A stretch of 64,000 bases of DNA from Candidatus Aenigmatarchaeota archaeon (GTDB lineage Archaea; Aenigmatarchaeota; Aenigmatarchaeia; GW2011-AR5). Positions 47,502-56,072 of this stretch are shown here, in pieces. Within the stretch, counting starts at the first letter, position 1, and each line of letters starts with the position of its first letter. The notes beneath the pieces are model-generated. The model worked only from the letters and a program-made list of their open reading frames with translations, was not told where the DNA came from and did no database searches. The stretch lies in assembly GCA_016187335.1 (NCBI GenBank), contig JACPJW010000001.1:384001-448000 (forward strand). The letters are read 5' to 3'. The translations under genes were made by a program, and so were the position numbers.

Positions 47502-47660
47502 GGGCCGGTAGCTCAGTGGTAGAGCACCTGTCTTATACGACGTGTTTTCTTAATTGGAAAAAGAAAACATTGCTAAGCCAGCAGGGGGTCGAGAGTCCGA
47601 TACAAACTTTTCCAAAAAGTTTGATCAAAAGGGAAAGTTGCGGAATCCTCTCCCGGCCCA
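47502..47660 (+). tRNA. tRNA-Ile(UAU) with introns at 37/38 (47538-47579) and 59/60 (47602-47646)
   Basis: Acceptor GGGCCGG/CCGGCCC, A73; BHBs CTTA/TAAG (TA^C, CC^A) and TCCG/CGGA (AT^A, AT^C); spliced anticodon loop CTTATAA. Confidence 0.9.
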
Positions 47661-47703
47661 TTCGGCTCTTTCAGAAAATGGCGGAAAATGTAGCAGAATA
47701 AAT

Positions 47704-48177
47704 TTATCCCTGGTACGTTTGCCTTCTTTCCCTGAACTCCAGTTTTTGCCACGAATCAGAAAGCTTTTTAGAAACCTTCGACAGATCCGGTTCAAATTCT
47801 CCGTTCCAGAAGTCCCAGACCTTCTTGATCCATTCGGCTGTCGCGTTTTCATCCGGCTTGAGCGTCAGCATGGTGTTTTCCCATTTCAGGACCTGTATTT
47901 TCTTGTACAGCCTGAAAAGCTGCGTTACTTCCCTTTCCGTGAGCATGTTCTGCTCGTAAATGCCGGAAAACGAATCGTAACCGGAAATTATGGGCTCTAT
48001 TATCTTTTCCGTGAACATGAACAGTTTGTCTGACATCTCCGTTCTTATCTCGTCAAACGTCACTTCCTCGTCCTCAAGCTCCAGCTTGAACGCGGCTTTA
48101 AGGTCCGTCAGCTGGGGGAGCCCGAAGCGCTCTTGGATATTTTTGTATTTCTGAAAAGTAGGCTGCATTTTAGGCAC
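47704..48177 (-). CDS. Conserved hypothetical protein
   Basis: 157-aa acidic helical ORF with typical host codon style. Confidence 0.7.
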   Translation of the reverse strand: MPKMQPTFQKYKNIQERFGLPQLTDLKAAFKLELEDEEVTFDEIRTEMSDKLFMFTEKIIEPIISGYDSFSGIYEQNMLTEREVTQLFRLYKKIQVLKWENTMLTLKPDENATAEWIKKVWDFWNGEFEPDLSKVSKKLSDSWQKLEFRERRQTYQG

Positions 48178-48464
48178 CTTCAGCGTTATTTTTTTCTAAA
48201 TCCAGGCAAAAATAAAAAAAGACTGATTTAATTGATAACAAATAAAGTATTAAAGCCTATTTCTGAAAAAGCACGAAGAAAATTTTGGAAAATTTTTCAA
48301 TGTTGCCGCATTTTCAGGAATCAAAAGGCTATTTCAAACCTCAGAAGGAAAAAAAGAAGCAGTAAGTATATGGCAATCATCCCGAGCACAACGTATTTTT
48401 CTTCTTTTGGCATAATTTTATTTCTTTGCCACGCTTAAAAAGATTTTTGCCTTATTTTTTCGGT

Positions 48465-48971
48465 ATGACAGAATATTTTGATGTCGTGGACGAAGGAAAC
48501 AGCGTAATAGGAAGGGCAGCAAGGGAAGAATGCCACTCCAAAGGCTTGTGGCACAGGGCTTCGCACGTAATTATAGTTAATTCTAAGGGCGAGCTGTTAT
48601 TGCAGAAAAGGAGCATGAAGAAGGATCTGTACAAGGGGTACTGGATTGACGCAGCAGCGGGCCATGTGGACAGCGGAGAAGCCTATGAACACGCAGCAAA
48701 AAGGGAGCTGAAGGAAGAAATTGGAGTAACCGCTGCATTGATGCAGCTTTTTGATTTCAAGAAACAAACGGGCAATGACAATGAAATAATTAGGGTATTT
48801 GCAGCGAGGCACGACGGGCCGTTTTTTCCCAACAAGGAAGAAGTCGATTTTGTCAAGTTTTTCACTCTTGAGGAAATAAACGAGATGCTGAAAAAAGACA
48901 AATTCACCCCGGCAACCCTGGATATTCTCAAGGAAATAAACAGGGACCCGTCAATACTAAGCAGGTTTTAA
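48465..48971 (+). CDS. NUDIX hydrolase of the IDI-1/YfcD-like group
   Basis: DVVDE, HRASHV, LLLQKRS, AAAGHV, AKRELKEEIG; lacks the IDI-1 catalytic Cys. Confidence 0.8.
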   Translation: MTEYFDVVDEGNSVIGRAAREECHSKGLWHRASHVIIVNSKGELLLQKRSMKKDLYKGYWIDAAAGHVDSGEAYEHAAKRELKEEIGVTAALMQLFDFKKQTGNDNEIIRVFAARHDGPFFPNKEEVDFVKFFTLEEINEMLKKDKFTPATLDILKEINRDPSILSRF

Positions 48972-48996
48972 TCCTATTCTTCCGTAATTTTAGAAA

Positions 48997-49109
48997 GGGC
49001 TTGTAGTCTAGAGACCCTTTAGAAAAAGCGTCTACGAAAAGGGTTGGAAAATGGTTATGACGTCGCCTTCACACGGCGAAGGTCGGCGGTTCGAATCCGC
49101 CCGAGCCCA
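48997..49109 (+). tRNA. tRNA-Val(CAC) with 40-nt intron at 15/16 (49012-49051)
   Basis: Acceptor GGGCTTG/CGAGCCC; anticodon arm TCGCC-TTCACAC-GGCGA; helix GTCT/GGAA with AG^A and AA^T bulges. Confidence 0.93.
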
Positions 49110-49111
49110 TA

Positions 49112-49134
49112 GCAACTTTCTGGAAAAAAGTTGC
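49112..49134. repeat. Palindromic repeat copy in the tRNA-Val trailer
   Basis: GCAACTTTCTGGAAAAAAGTTGC, starting 2 nt after the discriminator base. Confidence 0.8.
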
Positions 49135-49162
49135 ATTTAAGCATTACGATATTAGTGGAAAT

Positions 49163-50152
49163 ATGAAATCAACAGCGGCAGCCAACGCGAATATTGCGCT
49201 GGTGAAATACTGGGGCAAAAGGGACAGCAGGCTCATTCTGCCACAGAACAGCAGCATATCCATGACCTGCGACGGTCTCACGACAAAGACAACTGTAGAA
49301 TTTTCCGAAAAATACGGCAAAGATACTGTGCTGATAAACGACGAGGAGCTTGTGAAGGACGAGCGTGACATATTAGGCCACATAGAGCGTATCCGAAGCA
49401 TGGCTGGAATAAAGGAAAAGGCAAAGGTGATTTCTGAATCTAATTTCCCTGTAGCTGCAGGGCTTGCCAGCAGCGCTAGTGGCTTTGCTGCCCTGACGCT
49501 TGCAGCAGCAACAGCTGCAGGTTTGAAGTTAAGTGAAAAAGAATTGACAATACTTTCAAGGCAGGGATCCGGTTCTTCATGCCGCTCAATTCCTGAAGGC
49601 TTTGTGGAATGGCACAAAGGAATCGCCGCGGACGGCAGCGACAGCTATGCGGAAAGCATTGCCGGCAAAAATCACTGGCATGATTTCAGTATGATAGCCT
49701 GCATTGTGTCAGAAGCGAAAAAGAAGGTCAGCAGCCGCGCAGGCATGGCGCAGACCGTTGCAACATCGCCTTATTATGACGGATGGCTGAGAACGGTTGA
49801 TGAAGACCTGAGAAAAATCAGGGAAGGAATATTGAACAAAGACTTTTCTTTGGTCGGCATTACAGCAGAGCAGAACTGCCTGAAGATGCATGCGCTGATG
49901 ATGACAACGAGGCCTTCCATAATCTACTGGATTCCTGCAACGCTTGAAATTATCCATCACGTTCAGGCGTGGAGAGAAGAAGGAATAGAGTGCTATTTCA
50001 CGATAGACGGCGGACCGCAGGTGAAGGTCATGTGCCTAGAAAAAGACGAAAAAGAATTAAACAAGAGATTGCTGGATCTGGAAGGCGTCAAAAAAACCGT
50101 GTTATGCAAGCCCGGTGATGGCGCCCAGCTTATAGGAGAACATTTGTTCTGA
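49163..50152 (+). CDS. mvaD: Diphosphomevalonate decarboxylase
   Basis: ANIALVKYWGKRD, AAGLASSASG, GSGSSCRS, SRAGM, TIDGGPQV. Confidence 0.95.
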   Translation: MKSTAAANANIALVKYWGKRDSRLILPQNSSISMTCDGLTTKTTVEFSEKYGKDTVLINDEELVKDERDILGHIERIRSMAGIKEKAKVISESNFPVAAGLASSASGFAALTLAAATAAGLKLSEKELTILSRQGSGSSCRSIPEGFVEWHKGIAADGSDSYAESIAGKNHWHDFSMIACIVSEAKKKVSSRAGMAQTVATSPYYDGWLRTVDEDLRKIREGILNKDFSLVGITAEQNCLKMHALMMTTRPSIIYWIPATLEIIHHVQAWREEGIECYFTIDGGPQVKVMCLEKDEKELNKRLLDLEGVKKTVLCKPGDGAQLIGEHLF

Positions 50153-50157
50153 TTGGT

Positions 50158-50901
50158 ATGAAAGTAATCGCACTTGATTTTGACGGCGTCATTGTAGACA
50201 GCATCGGCGAGCACTATTACCTTGCTGTTTCAGCCTTTGAAGAGATGAGAAGGAACGCACAAAAATTCAGAAACCTCAGGAAGAACTTCGATTTTTTCCG
50301 CAGATTCGCAAAGGTAGCCGAGGATTTTTACGCATTTTTCGTCATGATGGAACGCGGCAAGATTCCAAAGGACGAAAAAAAGCTTGTCGCAATGCGCGAT
50401 GAAATACTGAAAAAGGAAAAGAAAAACGCCGAAAGTTTTGCGAAAATTTATTTTGACATAAGAAAAAGAACGAAAGGCAGCGAAAATTGGGCAAGGTTTT
50501 TCAAGCCAAATAAGAAGTTCGTGAGCATGGCAAGGAAGCTTTCTTTGGAACATCCCATATTCATAGCGACAACAAGAGACGGAGAAACCGCTTACAGCAT
50601 TCTCCAAAGACTCGGCGTTGAAATATCCATGGGAAATATTTTATCAAAGGATGACACTACAAACAAAGGAGAGCAGATGAGAATAATAGCCCAAAGAAGC
50701 GGCGCCAGTCTTGGCGACATAATCTTCATTGAGGATAACTTCGAGAATCTCGTGGAATCTTCCAAGACAGGCATAAAGCCCGTCCTTGTTGAATGGGGTT
50801 ACAACACGCCTAGCCAGAGAAAAGAAGCCAGGAAACTCGGCATACCTGTCCTTAAGAAAAAAGGATTTGAGAAGCAGCTTATGGAAATAATTGGGAATTG
50901 A
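50158..50901 (+). CDS. HAD-superfamily hydrolase inside the mevalonate cluster
   Basis: LDFDGVIVDS, IATTR, FIEDN, WGYN. Confidence 0.85.
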   Translation: MKVIALDFDGVIVDSIGEHYYLAVSAFEEMRRNAQKFRNLRKNFDFFRRFAKVAEDFYAFFVMMERGKIPKDEKKLVAMRDEILKKEKKNAESFAKIYFDIRKRTKGSENWARFFKPNKKFVSMARKLSLEHPIFIATTRDGETAYSILQRLGVEISMGNILSKDDTTNKGEQMRIIAQRSGASLGDIIFIEDNFENLVESSKTGIKPVLVEWGYNTPSQRKEARKLGIPVLKKKGFEKQLMEIIGN

Positions 50902-50905
50902 TAGA

Positions 50906-51934
50906 ATGATTACCGTCTCCGCACCGGGAAAGGTTCACCTGATAGGCGAGCACGCTGTCGTATACGGCGAGCCTGCAATAATAGCTGCTATAGGTAAGAG
51001 AACTTTTGTAACACTGGAAAAATCCCCTTCATTTGTTTACAAAGACGGCAGGTTTGACGAAGCCACGGAATTTTCCTTGGAAGAAGCCTTTGAGAAAGCC
51101 GGTGAGGCGAAAAAATTGTGGCAGGAATGTTTTGAAAAAAAGGACTTCTCGCAGCTTTTTGCTTTTGTAAAGAAGGATTACTACGGCAATTACAGAAAAG
51201 CCGCCGTCGGCTTGCTTGCGAAGAAATTCGGAATTGACCATGGACTGAAAATTCATATTCACTCAGAAATCCCGGCAGGCTCCGGCCTGGGTTCTTCTGC
51301 CTCTCTTGCGGTTGCTTTAACAAAAGGGCTTGCAGAATTTGCCGGAAAGAGACTATCCTTGGAAGAAATATACAACACTGCCTTTGAGCTTGAGCATTTT
51401 ATTCACGGCACTCCGTCAGGCGGCGACCATTCACCGCCATGTTATGGAGGCTTGATATGGTTCCAGAGAAGCCAGCCGAGAAACATAATAAAATCGCTGA
51501 AGCAGGAAATCCCATACCAGCTGGAAAACTTTGTTCTTGTTTACACAAAGGAGCCGGAAAAAAACACGGGCGAACTGGTGCAGGCAGTAAGAAACCTGCC
51601 TGAAGATTACAGAAACCCAAGAATTAAAGAAATAGGCTTGATGACGGAAGAAATGAAAGGCGCACTGATCAGGAAAGATTTCTTTAAAGTGAAGGAACTG
51701 ATGAATAAAACGCAAAGGATTCTGGCAGAGCTTGGCGTTTCCGTTCCGGAGATAGACGAGATTCACGAGGCTGTCAAAGCGATAGGCGGCGCGGCAAAGC
51801 TTTCGGGCGCAGGCGGAGGCGGCGTTATGATCTGCTATCACGAAGACAATGAAAAACTCAACGAAACAATCCGCTCCCTGGGCTACGAGCCTTTGGAAAC
51901 GGACTTGGGTGTGGAAGGAGTTAGGGTAGAATGA
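50906..51934 (+). CDS. mvk: Mevalonate kinase
   Basis: APGKVHLIGEHAVVYG, PAGSGLGSSA, HGTPSGGD, KLSGAGGGG. Confidence 0.93.
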   Translation: MITVSAPGKVHLIGEHAVVYGEPAIIAAIGKRTFVTLEKSPSFVYKDGRFDEATEFSLEEAFEKAGEAKKLWQECFEKKDFSQLFAFVKKDYYGNYRKAAVGLLAKKFGIDHGLKIHIHSEIPAGSGLGSSASLAVALTKGLAEFAGKRLSLEEIYNTAFELEHFIHGTPSGGDHSPPCYGGLIWFQRSQPRNIIKSLKQEIPYQLENFVLVYTKEPEKNTGELVQAVRNLPEDYRNPRIKEIGLMTEEMKGALIRKDFFKVKELMNKTQRILAELGVSVPEIDEIHEAVKAIGGAAKLSGAGGGGVMICYHEDNEKLNETIRSLGYEPLETDLGVEGVRVE

Positions 51935-53034
51935 TTCATTATTCCGCTCCCGGCAAGCAGTTCATATCGGGCGAATGGTCTATCCTTGAAATGGGCAACG
52001 TAGGCGTCGTTGCGGCCGTGAACAAACGAGTGCACGCTGTTGTTCAGGCTGCTGAAAAAATTACAATAAGCATAGATGATTTTGCTATCAGCGGTCTGGA
52101 AGCGGATTGGAACGGGAAGGAGATTGTTATTTCAGGCGGCCATGAAAAAGAAAAGCTGCAGTTCATCAAGGAATCCATGGAGACAACGCTGCGTTTCCTG
52201 CAGGACAAAGGCATCAAAACAAAGCCGTTCAAAATCCGCAGCTGGGGCGAGCTTTCGCAAATAATTGTGAATGGCGAAGCCAAGAAAATCGGCTTCGGCT
52301 CGTCTGCTTCGGTTACAGTGGCTGTAACCGCGGTGCTTCTGGATTATCACGGGTATGAAGCAAGCAAGGAAGAAATATACAAATTAGCGACAATAGCTCA
52401 TTACTTCGCGCAAGGAAAGGTCGGCTCTGCCTTTGATGTTGCCGCATCCACATATGGCGGCGTCTTTGCTTATTCCCGTTTTGATCCTGGCTGGCTGACA
52501 AGCAAAATAGAAAGAGTAGAAAGAATTGCAGACATAGTGAAGGAAAAGTGGCCCGGGTTCTTCGTGGAGCAGCTCGAAGTCCCTGCGGATTTTTACTTGC
52601 TTATTGCTTGGACAGGAGAATCCTTTTCCACGTCCGCAGCCATAAAAAAGATGAACGAGTTCAAGGCGGCAGATTCCGGGCAGTACCAGGAACTTATTGG
52701 AAGGGTTGCAAATACGGCCCGAAGCGTTGCTGATTACTGGAAAAGAAAAGAACGGTCTTCGGTGCTGGAATTGCTGCGGAAGAACGAGGATTATTTGCGC
52801 GAGCTTGGGGAAAAATCCGGGGTTCCTATAGAAACGCCTGCGCTGAAGCTATTGGCAGATATTGCAAACAAGTGCGGCGCTGCCGGGAAGCTCTCTGGCA
52901 GCGGCGGCGGAGACTGCGGCATCGGCGTATGCTTTGATGACAGGACGGCTGGAAAAGTTAAGGAAGAATGGGAAAAAGCAGGTTTGTACTTTGTTGATGC
53001 CACAATAGACTATGAAGGCGTCAAGAAGCATTAG
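51931..53034 (+). CDS. mvaK2: Phosphomevalonate kinase (GHMP, MvaK2/ERG8 type)
   Basis: APGKQFISGEW, KIGFGSSA, GSAFDVAASTYGG, KLSGSGGGDCG. Confidence 0.9.
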   Translation: MIHYSAPGKQFISGEWSILEMGNVGVVAAVNKRVHAVVQAAEKITISIDDFAISGLEADWNGKEIVISGGHEKEKLQFIKESMETTLRFLQDKGIKTKPFKIRSWGELSQIIVNGEAKKIGFGSSASVTVAVTAVLLDYHGYEASKEEIYKLATIAHYFAQGKVGSAFDVAASTYGGVFAYSRFDPGWLTSKIERVERIADIVKEKWPGFFVEQLEVPADFYLLIAWTGESFSTSAAIKKMNEFKAADSGQYQELIGRVANTARSVADYWKRKERSSVLELLRKNEDYLRELGEKSGVPIETPALKLLADIANKCGAAGKLSGSGGGDCGIGVCFDDRTAGKVKEEWEKAGLYFVDATIDYEGVKKH

Positions 53035-53219
53035 GCCTTTCTTTTGGCTACCCGGGCGATGTAGCCGGCGACCTTGTTCCTTACTATCTTGCTTTCAAAT
53101 AATTTCAGTTCCTCAAGGATTTTCTTGTTTGCTTCAAAATCCCTGGAAAATCTGTCAGGGAATTTTTCCAGCAGGTCGTTGCTTACGCCTTTGATGTCAG
53201 ATGTCATTATATTGCCCAT
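53031..53219 (-). CDS. rps17e: Ribosomal protein S17e
   Basis: MGNI, FSRDFEANK, RNKVAGYI. Confidence 0.93.
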   Translation of the reverse strand: MGNIMTSDIKGVSNDLLEKFPDRFSRDFEANKKILEELKLFESKIVRNKVAGYIARVAKRKA

Positions 53220-53296
53220 TTTTTCACCGTGAACCTTCCATTTGGATTGCTTCTTTTCCCGAAGGTTTTAATAGTATATAAAAAACTTAAATATCC

Positions 53297-54271
53297 ATGA
53301 AAGCCTTTGTCGTAAAATCGCCAATAGGCGTCTTCGCCTTCAGCGAAAGCGGCGAACTGGTTTACTACAGGGTATTCAGCAGCGATCCGCCAAAGGCGCT
53401 GCAGGAGTTTGAAAGCGTTATCGACAAAGACTTCATAGACGACCTGAAGGACTATGAATTAGCAGAAGACAAGGGCGCGCAAATGATTCTCAGAAAGCAC
53501 TTCCGGGAATATGCATTGTCTCTGGGCTTTGCAAAAAGCAGCGAGGAACTGAATAAATTTCTTTCTTCTTTTGCTGCGCTGCTCTCGCGCAAGAGGATGA
53601 AGCAGCAGATGAGTCGCGACAGGCTCATTATACAGGCATCCAACGCTTTGGAGGACATAAAGAAGACAGAAAACCTGCTTTCAGAGCGGTTCAGGGAATG
53701 GTACACCCTTCATTATCCCGAGCTGAAGAGCGTTAAAGCAGAAGATGTCATCAAATACGGCCCGCGCGAAGCGTTCCCCGATTTTAGGGAAAGCGTCGGC
53801 GTTGATCTGGCGGAAAACGATTTAGAAATAATCCTGGAGCAGGCAAAGACCCTGAAATCCGTGCAAGAGCACAGGAAAAGCCTGGAAAGGTATATCCGGA
53901 ATGCCGCAAGGGAAGTGATGCCGAATTTTTCATCTCTTATTGAACCCTTTTTGGCAGCGCGCTTTCTTTCACTGGCCGGCTCTCTGGAAAAGCTGGCCAA
54001 GATGCCTGCCTCGACGCTGCAGCTGCTTGGCGCAGAGAAGGCCTTGTTCAGGCATCTCCGTGAGAAAGGAAAGTCGCCGAAATACGGCATCCTGTTTTTG
54101 GACACCCGCATCCATACTGCGCCTGACGAGCAAAGGGGCAAAATAGCCCGCGCCATATCGTCAAAACTTATGCAGGCCGCGCGCATAGATTTTTACTCAG
54201 GCAGGGAAGAGCCGCGCCTGAAAGCAGAGCTTGGTCAAGAAATAAAGAAAATCAATGAGGAAAGGAAATGA
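53297..54271 (+). CDS. nop5: Box C/D RNP protein Nop5 (Nop56/58)
   Basis: REWYTLHYPEL, LQLLGAEKALFRH, PKYG, RGKIAR. Confidence 0.95.
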   Translation: MKAFVVKSPIGVFAFSESGELVYYRVFSSDPPKALQEFESVIDKDFIDDLKDYELAEDKGAQMILRKHFREYALSLGFAKSSEELNKFLSSFAALLSRKRMKQQMSRDRLIIQASNALEDIKKTENLLSERFREWYTLHYPELKSVKAEDVIKYGPREAFPDFRESVGVDLAENDLEIILEQAKTLKSVQEHRKSLERYIRNAAREVMPNFSSLIEPFLAARFLSLAGSLEKLAKMPASTLQLLGAEKALFRHLREKGKSPKYGILFLDTRIHTAPDEQRGKIARAISSKLMQAARIDFYSGREEPRLKAELGQEIKKINEERK

Positions 54272-54918
54272 AAGAGATTTTTCCCGGCGTGTTCAGGTCA
54301 GGCAAAGACTTGCTTACTGTTAATTTAGTTCCCGGAAAGAGGGTCTACGGCGAAAAGCTGCTTGCCAAAGGCAGGCAGGAATTCAGGGAATGGGTCCCCC
54401 AGAGGAGCAAGCTTGCCGCAGCGATAATGAACGGGCTACAGAACATGCCGATGAAGCAGGGCAGCAGGATACTCTATCTAGGCGCAGCATCAGGGACAAC
54501 GCCGTCGCACGTGAGCGATATTGTTGGCCATGACGGAATTGTCTATGCCCTGGAATTCTCTGAACGCCCGTTCAGGTCACTGATAGAGCTGGCGCGAACC
54601 CGCAAGAACATTGCCCCGCTGCTTGCTGACGCGCGGAAGACAGAGGATTATTACTGGGTCGAGGCGTGCGACATTCTATATTGCGACATCGCGGACCCCC
54701 AGCAGACTGAGATTGCTATCCGCAATTTTGAAGAATTCATTGCCGAAGGTTTTCTTTTACTTTCAATAAAATCACAGAGCATCGACGTTGTCAAGGAGCC
54801 GCTGCGCGTTTACGAAGAGGAAAAAAGGAAATTAGAGAAAGCGGGATTTGACGTTCTTGAACTGATCGACCTAGAGCCATACGAGGAAAAGCACTGCTTC
54901 ATCGTAGCGAAGAAATAA
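54268..54918 (+). CDS. flpA: Fibrillarin-like rRNA 2'-O-methyltransferase
   Basis: VYGEK, RSKLAAAI, YLGAASGTT, CDIADPQQ. Confidence 0.96.
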   Translation: MKEIFPGVFRSGKDLLTVNLVPGKRVYGEKLLAKGRQEFREWVPQRSKLAAAIMNGLQNMPMKQGSRILYLGAASGTTPSHVSDIVGHDGIVYALEFSERPFRSLIELARTRKNIAPLLADARKTEDYYWVEACDILYCDIADPQQTEIAIRNFEEFIAEGFLLLSIKSQSIDVVKEPLRVYEEEKRKLEKAGFDVLELIDLEPYEEKHCFIVAKK

Positions 54919-55971
54919 TCACTTGCACAGCTTCGCCAGGTGCTCCTTGAACTTTTCCCAGTCGCTGGTATTCAGAGTCGCGCCGGCTGCGGCTTCGTGC
55001 CCGCCTGCCGATGCTTTCAGCCCACGAGCGGCTTTCTGCAGCAGCTTTGCCACATCCATGCCGCTGTGCGTTCTTGCGGACATCTTCGCTTTCGCGCCGC
55101 TTTTCTCGTAAACGACAATTATTTTGTTCTTGTGCTTTTCCGCCAGCTTTGTTGAAATTATGGAAGAAATATTGTATCTTGATTTTATGCCGTACAAGAC
55201 AAGTCTGCCTAAAATCTCCGAGTTAACTTCGGCATCGGCGAACGTCATGTCAATTTCCGACTGCAGTTCCCTGTAGGCTTCCGTCATCTTTTCCGCGTCT
55301 TTGCTTTCCAAGAATTCTTTGTAGTCTTCGTGCCTTGCCAGAACGTTCACGATTTCCTCGCACGTCATTTTTTTCGTTGCTCTTGACGACTCGATCATGA
55401 AAGAAATCATTGAAAAATCCCCCATCGCATCATGGCCGTATCTATTTTTCACTTCGTCAACAAGCTCCTTTGAGTGGGAAAGGTCGTAATCCGCAACCAT
55501 GCCTATTGCGGCGACCCATAAATACTGCGAAATATCGTGGACCCTTGAGCAAATCTTGTAAGCTAAATAAGAAGTGGACTGGTAGATCTTTGGATTCCTG
55601 AATCGCGGGTTGTAATGCACGACGTTGCCGCTGTTTAAATTTTTGAAGACCTGGTGGTGGTCGATAATCAGGATGTCGCAGATGCCCTTCAGCTTTTTTA
55701 CAACATCCTCTTTCTGGTCTATGGCCATGTCAAGAAATATCATCTTGTTGGGCAGAGAAGTCTGAACCCTTTTTATCAAATTTTTCTCGGGCGGCATAGG
55801 CTGCGCTATGATGAAAGGCTTCTTCACGCCGTTCTTTTCCAGGGTTTTCATGACGAGCAAACAGGAAGCAATGCCGTCGCTGTCGTTGTTGAATATGATG
55901 ACTACGCCGTCTTTTGCCGTTGTGTTCTTCAGGAACTCTACGGTCTTGTCTGTTTCAGTCATGACAATCAA
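54919..55971 (-). CDS. DHH-family phosphoesterase (RecJ-like)
   Basis: NDSDG, LDMA, IDHH, DHHA1 GGHEAAAG. Confidence 0.88.
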   Translation of the reverse strand: MIVMTETDKTVEFLKNTTAKDGVVIIFNNDSDGIASCLLVMKTLEKNGVKKPFIIAQPMPPEKNLIKRVQTSLPNKMIFLDMAIDQKEDVVKKLKGICDILIIDHHQVFKNLNSGNVVHYNPRFRNPKIYQSTSYLAYKICSRVHDISQYLWVAAIGMVADYDLSHSKELVDEVKNRYGHDAMGDFSMISFMIESSRATKKMTCEEIVNVLARHEDYKEFLESKDAEKMTEAYRELQSEIDMTFADAEVNSEILGRLVLYGIKSRYNISSIISTKLAEKHKNKIIVVYEKSGAKAKMSARTHSGMDVAKLLQKAARGLKASAGGHEAAAGATLNTSDWEKFKEHLAKLCK

Positions 55972-56072
55972 CAGAATAATTGAAGGAAAGGCTTAAATGA
56001 AGTTCAGAATGTTGAGGCAGAAGTCCCGGGCAAAGCTCTGTTGGAGGCAGAAAACCAATCTCCCTTTTGTTC

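Noticed and set aside
47483-48033. + strand ORFs across tRNA-Ile
   Set aside because: Shadow frames over the tRNA and antisense to 47704-48177.
48320-48412. About 30-aa hydrophobic minus-strand ORF
   Set aside because: Short, in T-rich sequence where hydrophobic ORFs arise by chance; no supporting signals.
48465-48971. Firm assignment as IPP isomerase (idi)
   Set aside because: Has AAAGH where IDI-1 has the catalytic Cys motif; left as NUDIX.
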